Positions 12,490 through 25,950 are shown, counted from the first letter of the stretch. The stretch is 64,000 nucleotides of DNA from Octopus sinensis (GCF_006345805.1 NC_042998.1:142600001-142664000), one strand, 5' to 3'. Numbers and translations are program-made. Notes: generated by a model not told the origin, from the letters alone.

Positions 12490-14600
12490 ATGTATGCATC
12501 CAGCCCACACACTCGCATGCATCCCTACCCACATACATACACGCACCCTACTCACACACACATACACACACATACCTGCACACACACACACACACATACA
12601 TACATACACATACATACCTACTTCAGACATACACACACCACAGACATACACCCATACACTCACACTCACACGCATACACACACACACATACACACGCACA
12701 CGTACACCTACACACACACACCTACATACATACATTACACTTGTTATACACACACACTTACATTCATACACACACCCACCTACACAGCCATACCCTCACT
12801 CAGACACACAACATCTACCTACACACACACACAAACGCACACGGACACACACCCATACATACATACATCTACACACACATGCCTACACACATACATACAC
12901 ACATACATAAACACACACACATACACATATACACACATACGCACACACACATATACTTATACACATGCACACACACACACATACATACATACACCCATAT
13001 ACATACACACACACATACCCACATACTCCTATACGCACATACATACACACAGACATACACACATACACACTCACACAAACATACACACCCACATACTTAC
13101 CACACACTCACCTGCACGCGCACACACATGCATGACAAACACCCATACACTCTCACTCACATACGCACACACCAACATAAACACGCACACGCACACGCAC
13201 ACACACACACCTACACTCCCCACACATACACACGCACCTACATACACACACGCACGCATACACACGCATACACACATACATTACACACTACACACACACG
13301 TACACACACACCTACATACACATGCATACACACACACACCAACATACACGGACACACCCCGACATACACACATACACCTATATACACACGCCCACACACC
13401 TACATACACACCATATACACACGCCCACACCCTACATACACACACATGCATACACAACACATACACGGACACACCCATACATACGTACATACATACACCT
13501 ATAACACACGCCTACACACCTACATACACACACATGCATACACACCACACATGTACGCCACACACACATATACGCACATACATATTACCCAACACATGCC
13601 ACACAACACACACACATACGCACATGCATGCATGCATGCATGCACACGCGCGCACACCTACACGCATACACACACACACACGCACGTACACATACATACA
13701 TACACACACGCATACATACACCCATACACATACTGCATCCTACACACACATACATACACACTCACCATACATACACACACACACACTCACTCACACACCT
13801 GTATGTACGCACCACACACATCACATACACACACTTCCCACACCCACACTCACATATATACACACTCACACACATACACACACACACACACACACACGGA
13901 CATACATCTATGCACACACATACATACACACATACTCACATACATTCATCGACACACTGCCACCCGACATACACACAGACACACTCACACATCCACACAC
14001 ATACATACTTACGCACATACTCGCAGGCTCGCGCACGCACGCGCTTGCGCCGGTTCGCGTACGCATACGCTCCGCAGGCACCTCGCTCTTGGAACCGACA
14101 AGACCTCCCGCCCGTTCCTGGACCGTCGCGTGTCGTTGGGTTTTCCCACGCCCGCCTCGCGGGACCACTCTTCCATCTTCCCCTCAGCTGGAGTCCTTTC
14201 CTTAACCCCCCCCTTTTTCGTTACACACGCGCGCACACATATACACACATTGCTTAAATATATACATTACTCTTACACACATTCAATCTACTCGCCATTT
14301 ATACCACCACGACACTGGACACACACACACACTACTACTCCAACACACGCTGGCACGCTACATACGCCCCCACCCCTTCCCCTCCCTCCCTCCCTTCCTC
14401 CTTCCTTCTTTTTCTTACTACTGACCTTTGTCTGCTAAGCTGACCACTATCTCGCCCTACCCCTCACACGCCTACACACAGACGCACACACTAACACACA
14501 CTATATATTTTTTTGTTTTTTCATCTCGCCTCACACACACACAACACACACGCACACGCACACACCACATACACACACATCTGTTGCGTTACCAACCGGT
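12490..14600. repeat. About 2-kb degenerate (CA)n/(TACA)n low-complexity tract
   Basis: Dinucleotide-derived sequence giving only HT/IY/CV-repeat ORFs. Confidence 0.9.
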
Positions 14601-14689
14601 CTCCACTCTTTTGCCTTTAAAAACCCCTTTGCTCTGTTTTCGTAAACATCCGCCTTTCACCATGTGCAACTCGTAAACACCAGTCGTCT

Positions 14690-14872
14690 TTTTTCTCTTC
14701 CCTGTTGCCCGCTCTGGGATCTTTCTTCCTCTCTCTTCCTTCTTTATGTTTCCGACGAAGAGCTCTGCTCGAAACGTCATACCTCCCTGCTTCCTTTTCC
14801 TGAGGCGCTATTAATAATAATACTGTAATTGTTCCATTGTTGTTGTTGTTTTTTTTGTTCCCGTTTTGGATT

Positions 14873-14875
<3 letters not shown>
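14690..14875 (+). mobile_element. Penelope-like element 3' tail (pseudo-LTR) remnant ending at (TA)n
   Basis: CCGACGAAGAGCTCTGCTCGAAACGTCATACC...CCTGAGGCGCTATTAATAAT; homologous to 25815-25950 and (minus) 27300-27465. Confidence 0.6.
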
Positions 14876-14910
<35 letters not shown>

Positions 14911-15083
14911 ATATATATATAATATATATAGATATATATATATATATAATATATAATATATATATATATTATATATATATTATATATATATATATACATA
15001 TATACATATATACATACATACATATATCAATATATACATACATACATACATATATACATACATACATATATACACACACACAT

Positions 15084-15123
<40 letters not shown>

Positions 15124-15745
15124 TATTGTATATACTCAAGTAACAGTCGATCTCATGTAAAAAGCGACCCCTTGTTTTTGGCCAAAGAATTGGTAATTTT
15201 CCATAGAACCCGTATAAAAGTCGATACTAGTATTTCACGAGCTGGACAACATTTGTGGGTCAAAGTACCGTATTATCCTGTACGTAGAAATAACACTGTT
15301 ACAAAATTGTGTGTCTACCTTACCTGCTCTGTTGGTGGAATGTTTGGTGCTTATAATGGATTGCTTGGTACTTATCGTAAAATATCATTTAATAGCTAGC
15401 GCTACACATCTGTTAATGGGTGCAACGTCACCATTACTAAAATGCATGTACAGGATATGCTGCAACCCTGCATAGATCTTCAAGCACAATAAACACATAC
15501 GTCATACACTCGTTTGCATGGTGAGAAATGTGTTTCACAGACAGCACTATTTGCGAACACTGACAAACGCTACTGTCTGAATTCGTACAAAGGCATGACG
15601 TTGGTAAGCCTAAAAACATTCAAGTAATCGCTAGATCATTGGTTCCCATGTGACCTTTATATTTTCCTCATCTCCAAATACAATAAACTCATGCGTCATA
15701 CGCTCGTCTGTTTATATGGTGAGAAACGTGTTTCACAGACAACAC

Positions 15746-16450
15746 AATCTCTTGAACAAGCCTCAAATTGTGTAGGTCTTTACCTCAATGAGGCCAAAAC
15801 TGAATACATAAACAAGTGCCTGTCCAACAGTGAGTGCACCATCCATACTCTCAACAATGCGCCCTTAAATATGGTTTCTGATTATAAATATCTTGGGTCA
15901 TACATATCATCATCTGGAAAATACTTTCTAACTAGAAAGGGTAAGGCCTGGTCAGCCTGTAATGACATGCATAAGATCTGGTCATCAAATCTAAGTAGAG
16001 ACTTCAAACTTGAAATCTTCAAAGCCACAGTCGAACCAATTCTACTATATGGCTCAGAAACCTGGACGTTATCAAAGAAGCTTGAGAGGCAGTTGGATGG
16101 AACCTACACTCGCCTCCTTATGAGAGCTCAAAATCTCTCGTGGAAGCGCCATCCAACCAAAATGCAAATATATGGGAAACAACCACCTGTGTCATCTCTT
16201 GTGAAAGGTAGGAGAATCCAGTTTGCTGGACATTGTTGTAGAGCTGAAAAAGAAGTCATTTCTACTCTTCTCCTCTGGAAGCCATCTACTCGCAATACCA
16301 GAGGTCGCACACTCTCCTACCCTGATGTAATCTCCAGGGATACAGGCATCCATCAACAGGACCTCCGTAATTCCATGATGGACCGTGAAGTCTGGCGTAG
16401 CATGGTAAATTCCATTGTCTCGACCACGGTCGAACAATGATGATGATGAT
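15746..16450 (+). mobile_element. 5'-truncated RTE/RTE-X LINE with (TGA)n tail
   Basis: ORF 15691-16440: YKYLGSYIS, EPILLYGSETWTLSKK, RRIQFAGHC; followed by TGATGATGATGAT. Confidence 0.85.
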
Positions 16451-16536
16451 CGGCGAACAACAGCAAACACCACTGTATGAATTTGTACAGAGGCATGACT
16501 TCGGTAAGCCTAAAAATATTTAGTTAATCGCTAGAT

Positions 16537-16655
16537 CAGTGGTTCTCAAACTTTTTTGCCTTGGAATCCTTCGATATTATTTTTTAAAAACTTGGAATCC
16601 CTGATAACTTTCAGAGAACCCTGGGGTTTTGCTGAACACACTTTGGGAATCCCTG
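16537..16655. mobile_element. hAT-Charlie (MER5-like) MITE
   Basis: Ends CAGTGGTTCTCAAAC and CTTTGGGAATCCCTG (imperfect TIRs); no TSD recognised. Confidence 0.55.
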
Positions 16656-17290
16656 TTCCAACTTAACAACTCTACACCATATTATGGACATTTACTGGTA
16701 ACTGCACATGACATCTTGCAACTTTTTTTCATTTCTTTGGGGAACAACATATACACAGAACACAACACACTGTTTCCCTTTTAAGAATCGTATGACGAAC
16801 GTATTCCACGAAATAGCAAGTAAGCGTGAGCGTGAATACGATAGCGTCTATGCCGAAATGCATTAACATTATATTATTACTGTAAGTTTCATACTGATCT
16901 ATTTTTTAATACAGCTCTTGTTTCATGGCATAACACAATTTGTACCGGCATTCCTTTTTGCTTTAATGTAGGATTCGATTTGACGTGCAGCTTTTGACGA
17001 TTCCTCCCAACTACAATGACCAATGGAACTGTGTAAGAGTCAAACCGATAACTTTTATCAGAGAAAAATAGCTTAAAATGCCATGGCAATTTAAACATTA
17101 AAAAAGTAGGTGAGAAAACAGAGGGCAATGAAGGAATTTAGCGTGAAAATTTTAAGATACCAGGTCAGAGTTGGGATTTTAAAAAATCAAGTCAGAGTCG
17201 AGTCTTAACATCTCTTTGCAGCTCAGCTGACCTTAGTTTCCGTTTAGCACCCGTTGAATACAGTCGTATAGTTGAGGGTTTAAAATTTCT

Positions 17291-18530
17291 ATGTCATTTT
17301 ACGTAAAAATGCCCTCCAGAAAAAACAACAAATATACAGCAGCATTTAAACTAAAAGTTGCTGAAGTTGCTGAGAAGACAAATAACTGTGTTGCAGCAAG
17401 AGAATTTTGTGTTTCTGAGAAACTTGTGAGAGACTGGAGAAAGATATCTAACAAACCTCAAACAATGCCAAAAAGAAAATGTGCTAACAGAGGAAAACCT
17501 ATCAAGTGGCCACAATTGGTGAAAGGGTGTTACTCGTGAAGCCATCCGAATTCATGCACGAAAGGAATCAAAGAAGGATGGAATTTCAGATTTTAAAGCA
17601 AGTGCTGGATGGTACACTAAGTTCATGAGACGTTATGACTTAGTACTTCGGCAGAGAACTAAGATGGCACAAAAGCTGCCTGCTAATCTAGATAAGACGA
17701 TAGTTTCATCGGTTTTTAATAAGAAATCAGCAGAAAGAGGAGTATACGTTATCATGTATTGGGAACATGGAAGAAATGCCAGAGAATCGAACTATGAATC
17801 AAAAAGGAGAAAACCCAGTATTCATGAGAACCATTGGCCACGAGAAAAGCAAGGTTACTTTATTTCTTTCATGTATGGCTGATGGTACTAAATTAAAATC
17901 GATGGTTGTTTCCGAAACGAATTGTCATCCATGTACATGGATGGATGAAGGTGGACGGAGAAAATGGATAAAGAAAGTTTGTAATTTACGACTGGTGGAC
18001 TATGAAAGGAAAAGAGTTTGTTCATGTGGGATCAGTTCAGGACACATCTAGTGAAGAATGTTGTTGATAACCTCAAGTCACAAAATACTGATATAGCTGA
18101 AGTTCCCGGCGGGCTTACAAGTGTTTTGCAACCATTAGACATTAGCATCAATAAATCATTTAAGAACATGATAAGAATCAAGTGGAATAACTAGATGCAT
18201 GATGGAGAAAAAAAAACGTACACGAAAGGAGGTAGTATGCGGGCTCCATCACTGCCTCTAATCTGTGAATGGATCGTTGATTCATGGAAGGAAATAAAAG
18301 TTGAAATTGTTGTCAGATCATTAAAAAAATGTGGACTTTCGAATCCATTGGATGGTACAGAAGACAACTGTCTATAGAATGACATGGATAACGAAGAAGT
18401 AGATGATGTACTGCCTCTAAATATGGACAGCGAAGATGAAGATGAAGAGAATCTTGCGATGATATCGTTCATCCTGATGATTATGAAGCTTTATTCGGTG
18501 CTGAAGATGATGAGTGATGTTTTAGGATTT
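17291..18530 (+). mobile_element. pogo-family transposase pseudogene (Brinker DBD, CENP-B HTH, DDE; POGK-like)
   Basis: KYTAAFKLKVAEVAEK...SEKLVRDWRK; FKASAGW..KFMRR; VLQPLDISINKSFK; EWIVDSWKEI...SLKKCGLSNPLDGTED. Confidence 0.85.
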
Positions 18531-18757
18531 TAATGAACTTTTGTGCGTAAAATATTTAAGATGTACCATGTTCCATAATTGTAATTTAAAACTGTATTAC
18601 CGTAAATTTCTACTTCCCCTTTTGTTTGCATAAATAAAAAAATTGATAATTTATTGGTTTTTATTGACATTATTATTTTAATATTTGTTGTATATTTTGG
18701 GCTGTGTGTGTGTACATATATGTATATACGCATACACGTACATGTGTGTGTGTGTAT

Positions 18758-18820
<63 letters not shown>

Positions 18821-19941
18821 TGTTTATTGTTTAACTCTAGGTCTATCATGGCTATTTTATCTTGTTTTAAGAGTTTTGGGTGTTATTTGGAAGATATCTT
18901 GAATTTCTAACAACCATAAAAAGATTCCGCCGTTAATTCACGTACAGCATTTGGTTATTTTGTGATACAAGACCATACAAATTCTCAATTAACACTTCTG
19001 TTAGGCATATATCAAAACTGATACAAGCTTATTCATATAGTCAATATCAAATATAGCATCCTGATATTTAATCGAAATTCCCGGAATACTGTGACTTCTG
19101 TCTTTCAGAGAAATTTCATATTATTTACCAAATTCTAGAAAAAGGAAAAAGGACCGAGCTCATCTCAACCTACCGAAACAGGCACAAATTCCTTTGATGG
19201 ATTTCAAATCAGATCCTCAGGTGTATGAAGAAATAATAAAGAAGAAAAAAATTCAAGTTTACTTGAAAGCACAATGAACACAATTTAAACAGTTATTAGT
19301 CATCTCTGTGCCATCAGCTGATGTGTACTGATGCTCAAAAAGGTGCTTTACATATGAATACACATGCACATATAAATGCACGCACACTCACACCCACCCA
19401 CATGCACGCTCACACATATACATACATACATGCATACAAACACACATGTATGCAGGCCCACTCACATATGTACACATACATTTACACATTTAACACTTTA
19501 CAAGCATCTATTTAACACTTGTTCGCAATCAAATGACACGAACATAGAATTAAATGGAAGGTGACTCACTCCACAACGCTTATGGTTCATAGAAATTGTC
19601 GTAGGAATTCTCTTTAAGGGGAATAATATCCCCCCCCCCCACATACACACACACTGGGTTGTCAGATAAATAAATCGTTGGGGTATTTTTTCTAATTGGT
19701 ACTCCATCGCCCTGTTTTCATAAGATGTAAAATTTATTCAAATTTCAAAAACGATAAAAGTTGTAGAGAAAGTTTAGAATTACTAAAACAAAACCCCAGA
19801 AAAAAAAAACGAAAAAAAAAAACACTATGATAAAAATATTTTTTGTGTTAATTGCATTGCAAAGGATTAAAATAAATGGTGTGTATCTGTGGAGGAAGGA
19901 ACGAACGAATGAATTTATCTGACAGTATGTGTATGTGGTGC

Positions 19942-19999
<58 letters not shown>

Positions 20000-20407
20000 T
20001 GTGTGTGTGCATGTATGTATGTATTCCTCGTTTGAAAGAATAATACCAAGAAAGAAGCAAAGAGTATTCGATGAAAAGACTTTTATACTAACATTTCACC
20101 GGTTTCCTTTTCAAACCTCACTTGTTTTTCTCTTCTTTTCATATCGCTTGACAGATACCCAAGAAACAATATTGGTGAAAGCGTTCAATTCCTAAAATAA
20201 ATGTATATTACTGCCGATGTATTAATGGGTCGGTGTACGCACGCGCAAGAGATAAAGAGAGAAAGAGAGGGAGACTTGGATTGACAGTAAAAGTGAGTAG
20301 CTTTCGAAAGTTCTTCCAAATATGAAATATTTTGCTGCAAGTCTGAGTGTTTGAAGCATGTCTAAATATAGACAATGAAATTCGATTTGCCCCTATATAC
20401 ATATATA

Positions 20408-20450
<43 letters not shown>

Positions 20451-20987
20451 TATATATATAACGAGAGAGAGAGAGTGAGGAGGTCATAAGAAGTTAGAAA
20501 CAATGAGAGAACATGAAATAATTTGTTCCTAACAGTTGAACTCGAAGTAGAAACGTTATGAAAATAGTTTGTAAAAATTTGGTTTAAAAATCACATAAAA
20601 ATATACTGCCACAGTAATTAAGAGCTCAAATAATAATAGATCGTGAAATTTCAACACGTTATTGCGTTGCAGCAAATCCAGCCGAAGAAGTCAGCATGTA
20701 TACACATTATTAGCTCATACGGTCTTTAAGAATAACTTGTATCTGGAATAAAATGCAAAAATGCATACGTTTCACATACATCTTATGCTTCAACAGCCAG
20801 AGGTATTAGCGACAGATCAGAATTGTTCGCAAGTCTTTTGTAATAAATATTAAGGTCTTTGTTCTTTCTTCTCTAATAAAGTTCTTTTCTTCTTGGATAT
20901 GGCAGTTTTCATAAAAGCGAGTTAAGTTCTATGGAAATTTACAAAGCGATTCTAAAATCCCTTTGGCATTGTAATATTGGTTTCAAA

Positions 20988-21191
20988 TTTTAGCACAAGG
21001 CCAGCAATTTAGGGGGGATGGGGTTAAGTCGATTACATCGACCCCAGTGCTCAACTGGTAATTATTTTATCGAATCTGAAAGAATGAAAGGCAAAGTCAA
21101 CCTCGGCGGAATTTTAACTAAGAACGTAAAGACGGACGAAATACCACTAAGTATTTTGCCCGGCGTGCCAACGATTCTGCCAACTCGCCAC
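20988..21191 (-). mobile_element. SINE (second family)
   Basis: Same sequence family as 7600-7792 (AAGTCGATTACATCGACCCCAGT, GAAAGGCAAAGTCAACCTCGGCGGAATT). Confidence 0.8.
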
Positions 21192-21249
21192 ATTTTGGCA
21201 CTGTAATATTAATAAATCTTTAGATGTTATGGAATGTGGTGTCATCTAA

Positions 21250-21851
21250 TGTTATTGTGGAGATAGGTATCCGGTGAAGAATATATAAAACACAAGGAAA
21301 TGACTTTAACACGTTTATTGTGGTCACACGCACATACACAATGGAATGATGAATAGAATGGTAGATGGACTTTCATATATATCTATAGGCATCTGCATGG
21401 GTTGTATGTAAGCTGTGAACCCTGGTGAGAAGCTCACGAACAGCGATGTAGGAAACAGAGCAGTGTGTTGGTGCTGTGTAGATGTTGACGACATTGGTGA
21501 GAGACATCTGGTGTGGCGACGAAGATGGAGATCGCTGCAAGGTGGTCAGTGGTTAGACTTTAAAAAGTATAGAACCAACTGACGTCGAGCATAGGAAGAG
21601 GTGAGCTTTCATAGCTGAGGGGTAGGCTCAAATACTTGATTGAAACAGACTGTCTCATATGACTTATTTGCAGGCTGTGATTGGTTGGGTTACATACTGG
21701 CATGCGATAGAGTATGAGACAAATTGCGCCAATATCAACCAATCGGAGTGGTAGATACAACGGGGTCCAAAACAGCTCCAAAGGCTAGCTGTTACCTGAT
21801 ACGTTCGTATGTACTTAATATAAGAGAGGAAGCTCACTAGAGCTCGCTACA
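21250..21851 (-). mobile_element. Probable solo LTR (602 bp)
   Basis: TG...CA termini; ATCTAA on the left and (A)ATCTAA on the right (near-TSD, off by one base); CCAAT motifs; minus-strand TATA-like at about 21375 and AATAAA at 21314-21319. Confidence 0.55.
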
Positions 21852-22829
21852 AATCTAACAAGTCGGTGTTATGCAGAATCGTTAGCACGCCGGGCAAATA
21901 AGTACCAGTCGATGTAATCGACTTAACTCCTCCCACTAAATTGCTGACATTCTGCCAAACTTTGAAATCAATATTAATAAATCTATCTACAAATGTACCA
22001 AGAAAAATCTTTGCATATTTTAAATAACAATTTTATTTTATAAAATATAAGATTCAAAACACTCGACACCATGCTTTATACAATATTGACATATCAACTG
22101 CTACATTCTCAGTTTTAAATGTTCAAAATCTACAATTCTTAGCTTCAAATGTTCAAAATCTGTGATTGCAGATAGAACTGATCATGATTATAACCCACTA
22201 AAAAATAGAATTCCGAGTGAGTGAGATCAAGGCGTATAGGTGACCAAAAGATTAGTCTATCTTTACCTCACTTATAACCTGGAAATTTTGTATTAAAGAA
22301 CTGCCGTATATTGAAGCAACAATATAAAGATGCATCATCATGCTCTAGAAAAGAGCTTGAACAAATCCCTTTGTGTTTCATATCTGGAACCAAACTATCT
22401 TTCAAAAATATAGTAATGTCAACAAAAAATATATATAGCTACCAAAAAGCTGCTGTACTGTGATAACTTTTGATGATTGGAAGCAAAGATCAGGTCATTC
22501 GTGAAGATTTTCATCAAGTGTTTCGAAAGAGCTTTCTTAACCCCATACTCGATACTTAAATTTGTAGACACATCCAACCACCACCACCACTATCAAGAAA
22601 ATTAGCTTCATTACTGAATAAAATACTCTTAAGATAGTATGTATCACTAGCTACTGAGTCAATCACGTGTTCACGCATTACCAGTCTGGCACTTTTCTCG
22701 TTGTCTAATCATTTCTGTACCATTGACAAATAAAAAATTTTCATGTCAGATTTTAGACATCTTTAAATGTAGGGAAGAAAGTGAGATAGAGAGAGAGGGG
22801 GGAGAGAGAGGGGAGAGAAACATTACACA

Positions 22830-22863
<34 letters not shown>

Positions 22864-23036
22864 AATATTAGGGAATAAATCCAAATTTACAGGGAAAAAA
22901 ATCAGATTTAGGATTAAATCCAATTTTATAGTAAAATATTATATAATATTAATTAGAGACAAAACCACTATTTTGCAAAACAAACAAGGAAAGACTTAAT
23001 CAATACATAAAATTTTAATAAAAGTAAAAAAAACCG

Positions 23037-23079
23037 CCACTACAATTGTTTCTTGTCCTGATCGACAATCTTCAGGTGG
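23037..23079 (-). ncRNA. Mirror copy of the canonical hammerhead
   Basis: Exact reverse complement of 23126-23168. Confidence 0.85.
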
Positions 23080-23125
23080 ATTTCCAATAAGTCAGTTTCA
23101 AATTTGAAACTGACTTATTGGAAAT

Positions 23126-23168
23126 CCACCTGAAGATTGTCGATCAGGACAAGAAACAATTGTAGTGG
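23126..23168 (+). ncRNA. Canonical type I hammerhead ribozyme
   Basis: CCAC-CTGAAGA-TTGTC/GATCAG/GACAA-GAAAC-AATT-GTA-GTGG: intact core, 4-bp stem I, 5-bp stem II, palindromic stem III (ACAATTGT), GUA triplet. Confidence 0.85.
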
Positions 23169-23279
23169 CGGTTTTTTTTACTTTTTATTAAAATTTTATG
23201 TATTGATTAAGTCTTTCCTTGTTTGTTTTGCAAAATAGTGGTTTTGTCTCTAATTAATATTATATATATATATATATAG

Positions 23280-25815
23280 AAAATAGTAAAAAGTGAAAGA
23301 ACTACAGAAGGCTTAAAGGTTAAAAAATATATATATTTGCGTCAATATGTCTGAAGAATATTAAAAAATGTTTTCCTTACAATGACATAGTTTTAGAAGA
23401 AAGACCGGTTTCGCGTTTAGCTTTTCAAATTTCTTGCGACGTTATATTTATCTTGAACAGAGTTATCTTTATCTTTATGTTTAAAAGAGTTCTAAATAAG
23501 GGGAGGTAATGAGTGATTTCTTCCGGTGTAAGGGAGATAATCGCTTAAAATTTTTAAAAATTTTTTTCCTTTCCCTTGGTGTGAATTTCTCTGTATCAGT
23601 ATGTTGGCATGGTTAAGTCTGGGCTTGTACTTTTCAATGAAGAATGTTTCCTTGTTTAGTCTAATTTGTGTTGATGATCCGATAGCACATTGGTAGAATG
23701 GAAAGATTAAAAATTGTGGTAGTAGTTGCTTTGCGCATTTCTCAATGTGCTCACTAAAAGGTATCATTCTGTATTCTGGGAATGCAATTTGTTGTCGATG
23801 CAGTGTGCATCTACGTCTGAGTGATAGTCCCGTGGATCTCACGTAGTCTTGGTGGCAGCCCGAGCATTTTATGACATAAATTATGTTTTCAGAGGCACAA
23901 GTAAAGTTAGATTTGATCTTGAATTTCTGTCCCTCTTTAAAGAGGAATTCTGATCCCTCTAGCAGGTTTGGACATGTTGCACAGTTCGATCTACCACATT
24001 TTTTTACTTTTGCATCCGTAATTTCAGAAAACAATTTTGCCTTTGTGAGAATCTTTTTAAGTGATTTGGGTTGTTTGTAGCTTTTAATGATTTGGTGTAT
24101 GTTTAGAATTTCCTTTAATTTGGGGTCCTTATGAAGTATTGGTAAATTCTGGGTGATGATGGTGAAGGCTTCTTTGTTTCTGGAGTTGTATGTAGATATG
24201 TAAGGTAGTATTTTCGGGGAAGGTGTGTTGTGTTGAACTTTTCTTAAAGTTTCTATGTTGATTTCTGTTGCACGTCTGATCCCATCCTCTATGAGTTGAG
24301 CTGGGTAATGTCTGTCAATTAGGGTGTTTTTGAGTTCTTGCAGTCTAAAGTTCCTGGTATTTTGTTCTGACACTATTGTGCATATCCTTCTTGCAAGGTT
24401 GAAGGGGATGTTTGTTTTAGTGTGTCTTGGGTGGCATGAATTAAAAAGAAGGTATTGTTTGGCGTCTGTGGCTTTGTAAAAAATGTCTGTTTCTGTTTTA
24501 AGGTTAATATTTTTAATTAGTATATCCAAGAACGGGAGCTCCTTTTGTTTGTATTCCATTGTGAACTGTATATTTGGGTTTATGCTGTTCAATAGGTTTT
24601 TAAATTTTAGGAGTTTATCTGTGTTTTCATTCCAGAGTATAAAACAATCGTCTAAGAATCGTTTCCAATTCTCTTTTATGTATTGAGAGAGGGGGTTTCC
24701 AAAGATTGATAAAGATTCCTGGTAAATGATTATTTCCATGTAGCCCATTGTTAGGTTCGCAATGACTGGTGCTGCCCTTGTACCCATAGCAATTCCGGAT
24801 TTTTGACGGTAAAATGTATTGTCAAACATGAAGTGGTTATTATGTAGGATGAATTCAATTGATTTAGTAATGAATTCTTTACTGATTCTTTTTGGTATTT
24901 CTTCCGGAAATTGGTCCAGCCAGAACTGTATTGCCTCTAGTCCATAATTATGAGGTATACTGGTATACAAGTTAACTACATCAAATGAAACCAGGATTGT
25001 TTCTTCTTCTTGGCTTTTTTTGGAGGTGGTTTAACATATCTAAGTCATCTCTGATATGGCTATCGATATGTTTAAGGAAGGGTTTCAGGAGGATGTCCAT
25101 AAATAGACTTAGTCTGTGTGTTTCACAGGTTGGGCCAGCTACAATGGGTCGTAGTTTTAGGTCCCCCGGGTTAGGTGTGTGTATGTATGTCTTTGGTGAT
25201 TTTTTAATGGTTTCATTTATAATTTGGCTTTTATGGATTTTTGGCAGACCATAGAAAAGGCTAGGTTTGCATTTAAAGTTTGTTAGAAAGTCAATCTCTT
25301 TGGTTGTTAGTTCCTTTTCATGGGTTTTAATTAGTGAAGATAGAGTTTTCATTATTTTTTGTGGGGTGTAGTTGGTAATTTTTTCATAATGTAGGTCGTC
25401 ATCAAGCAAGGAAATTACAAGATTTCTATAGTATGATGTATCCATTATTACAATTGCATTTCCCTTGTCTGCTTCCTTAATGGTTATATCCTCATCATTT
25501 TGAAGTTCTATCAGTTCCTTCCATTGTGTAGTGTTAAAATTTGAGTTAACTTTCTGTTTATGTATAGTATGGTAGGGAAAGTTCTCAATGTGGTTACAGA
25601 ATTCATCAAGATCTTTATTTCTTCCTCTGTGTGGGATGTGTTCACTTTTGTTCTTGACTAGTGATTCATCTTCAGTATTGAAACTGGTTGATGCTTCTGC
25701 TAGTCTTAATTTTCTGCAAAATTCTGTTATATCATCCTTGATTTCATTTAGGTTGGCTCTGCGTGGAGTTGGTGTAAATTTGAGCCCTTTTGAGAGGATG
25801 TCAATTTTTATGTTA
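23280..25815 (-). mobile_element. Penelope-like retroelement (RT + GIY-YIG endonuclease), 5'-truncated, probably Neptune-type
   Basis: ILSKGLKFTPTP, IKEADKGNAIVIMD, FYGLPKIHK, LRPIV, SFDVVNLYTSIPH, GIAMGT, WKRFLDDCF, LPFLDI, CGRSNCATC linker, IIYVIKCSGCHQDYV, RLNKETFFI; one frameshift near the A7 run at about 25020. Confidence 0.95.
23397..23435 (-). ncRNA. Hammerhead-like motif with U3:A8 core in the PLE 3' tail
   Basis: Minus strand: AAGAAA-T-TTGAAAA-GC/TAAAC/GC-GAAAC-CG-GTC-TTTCTT; one extra U before the core and only a 2-bp stem II. Confidence 0.55.
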
Positions 25816-25950
25816 GAACGACGAAGAGCTCCGCTCGAAACGTCATACCCTCCTTCTTCCCCTTTTTTCCTGAGCGCCTAATAATACTTTAATTGTTCCA
25901 CTTTTTGCGTTGTTGTCTTTTTTGTTTTTCTTGTTTGGATTAACTTTATA
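25815..25950 (+). mobile_element. PLE tail of a different family, fused in inverted orientation to the PLE 5' break
   Basis: ACGACGAAGAGCTCCGCTCGAAACGTCATACC...CCTGAGCGCCTAATAATACT; matches 14752-14830. Confidence 0.65.

Larger units (their letters stand above)
22941..23265. repeat. Near-perfect 325-bp palindrome with no spacer, centred at 23102/23103
   Basis: Centre GTCAGTTTCAAA|TTTGAAACTGAC; arms match except a 1-bp indel; (TA)n lies immediately right and about 80 bp to the left. Confidence 0.95.

Noticed and set aside
12110-14438. Very long ORFs (710 aa, 595 aa) and the many IY/HT/CV-repeat ORFs elsewhere
   Set aside because: They are translations of dinucleotide microsatellites that lack stop codons.
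22250-22560. Possible minus-strand coding exon (...CSSSFLEHDDASLYCCFNIRQFF...)
   Set aside because: Splice signals are weak and I recognise no protein family.
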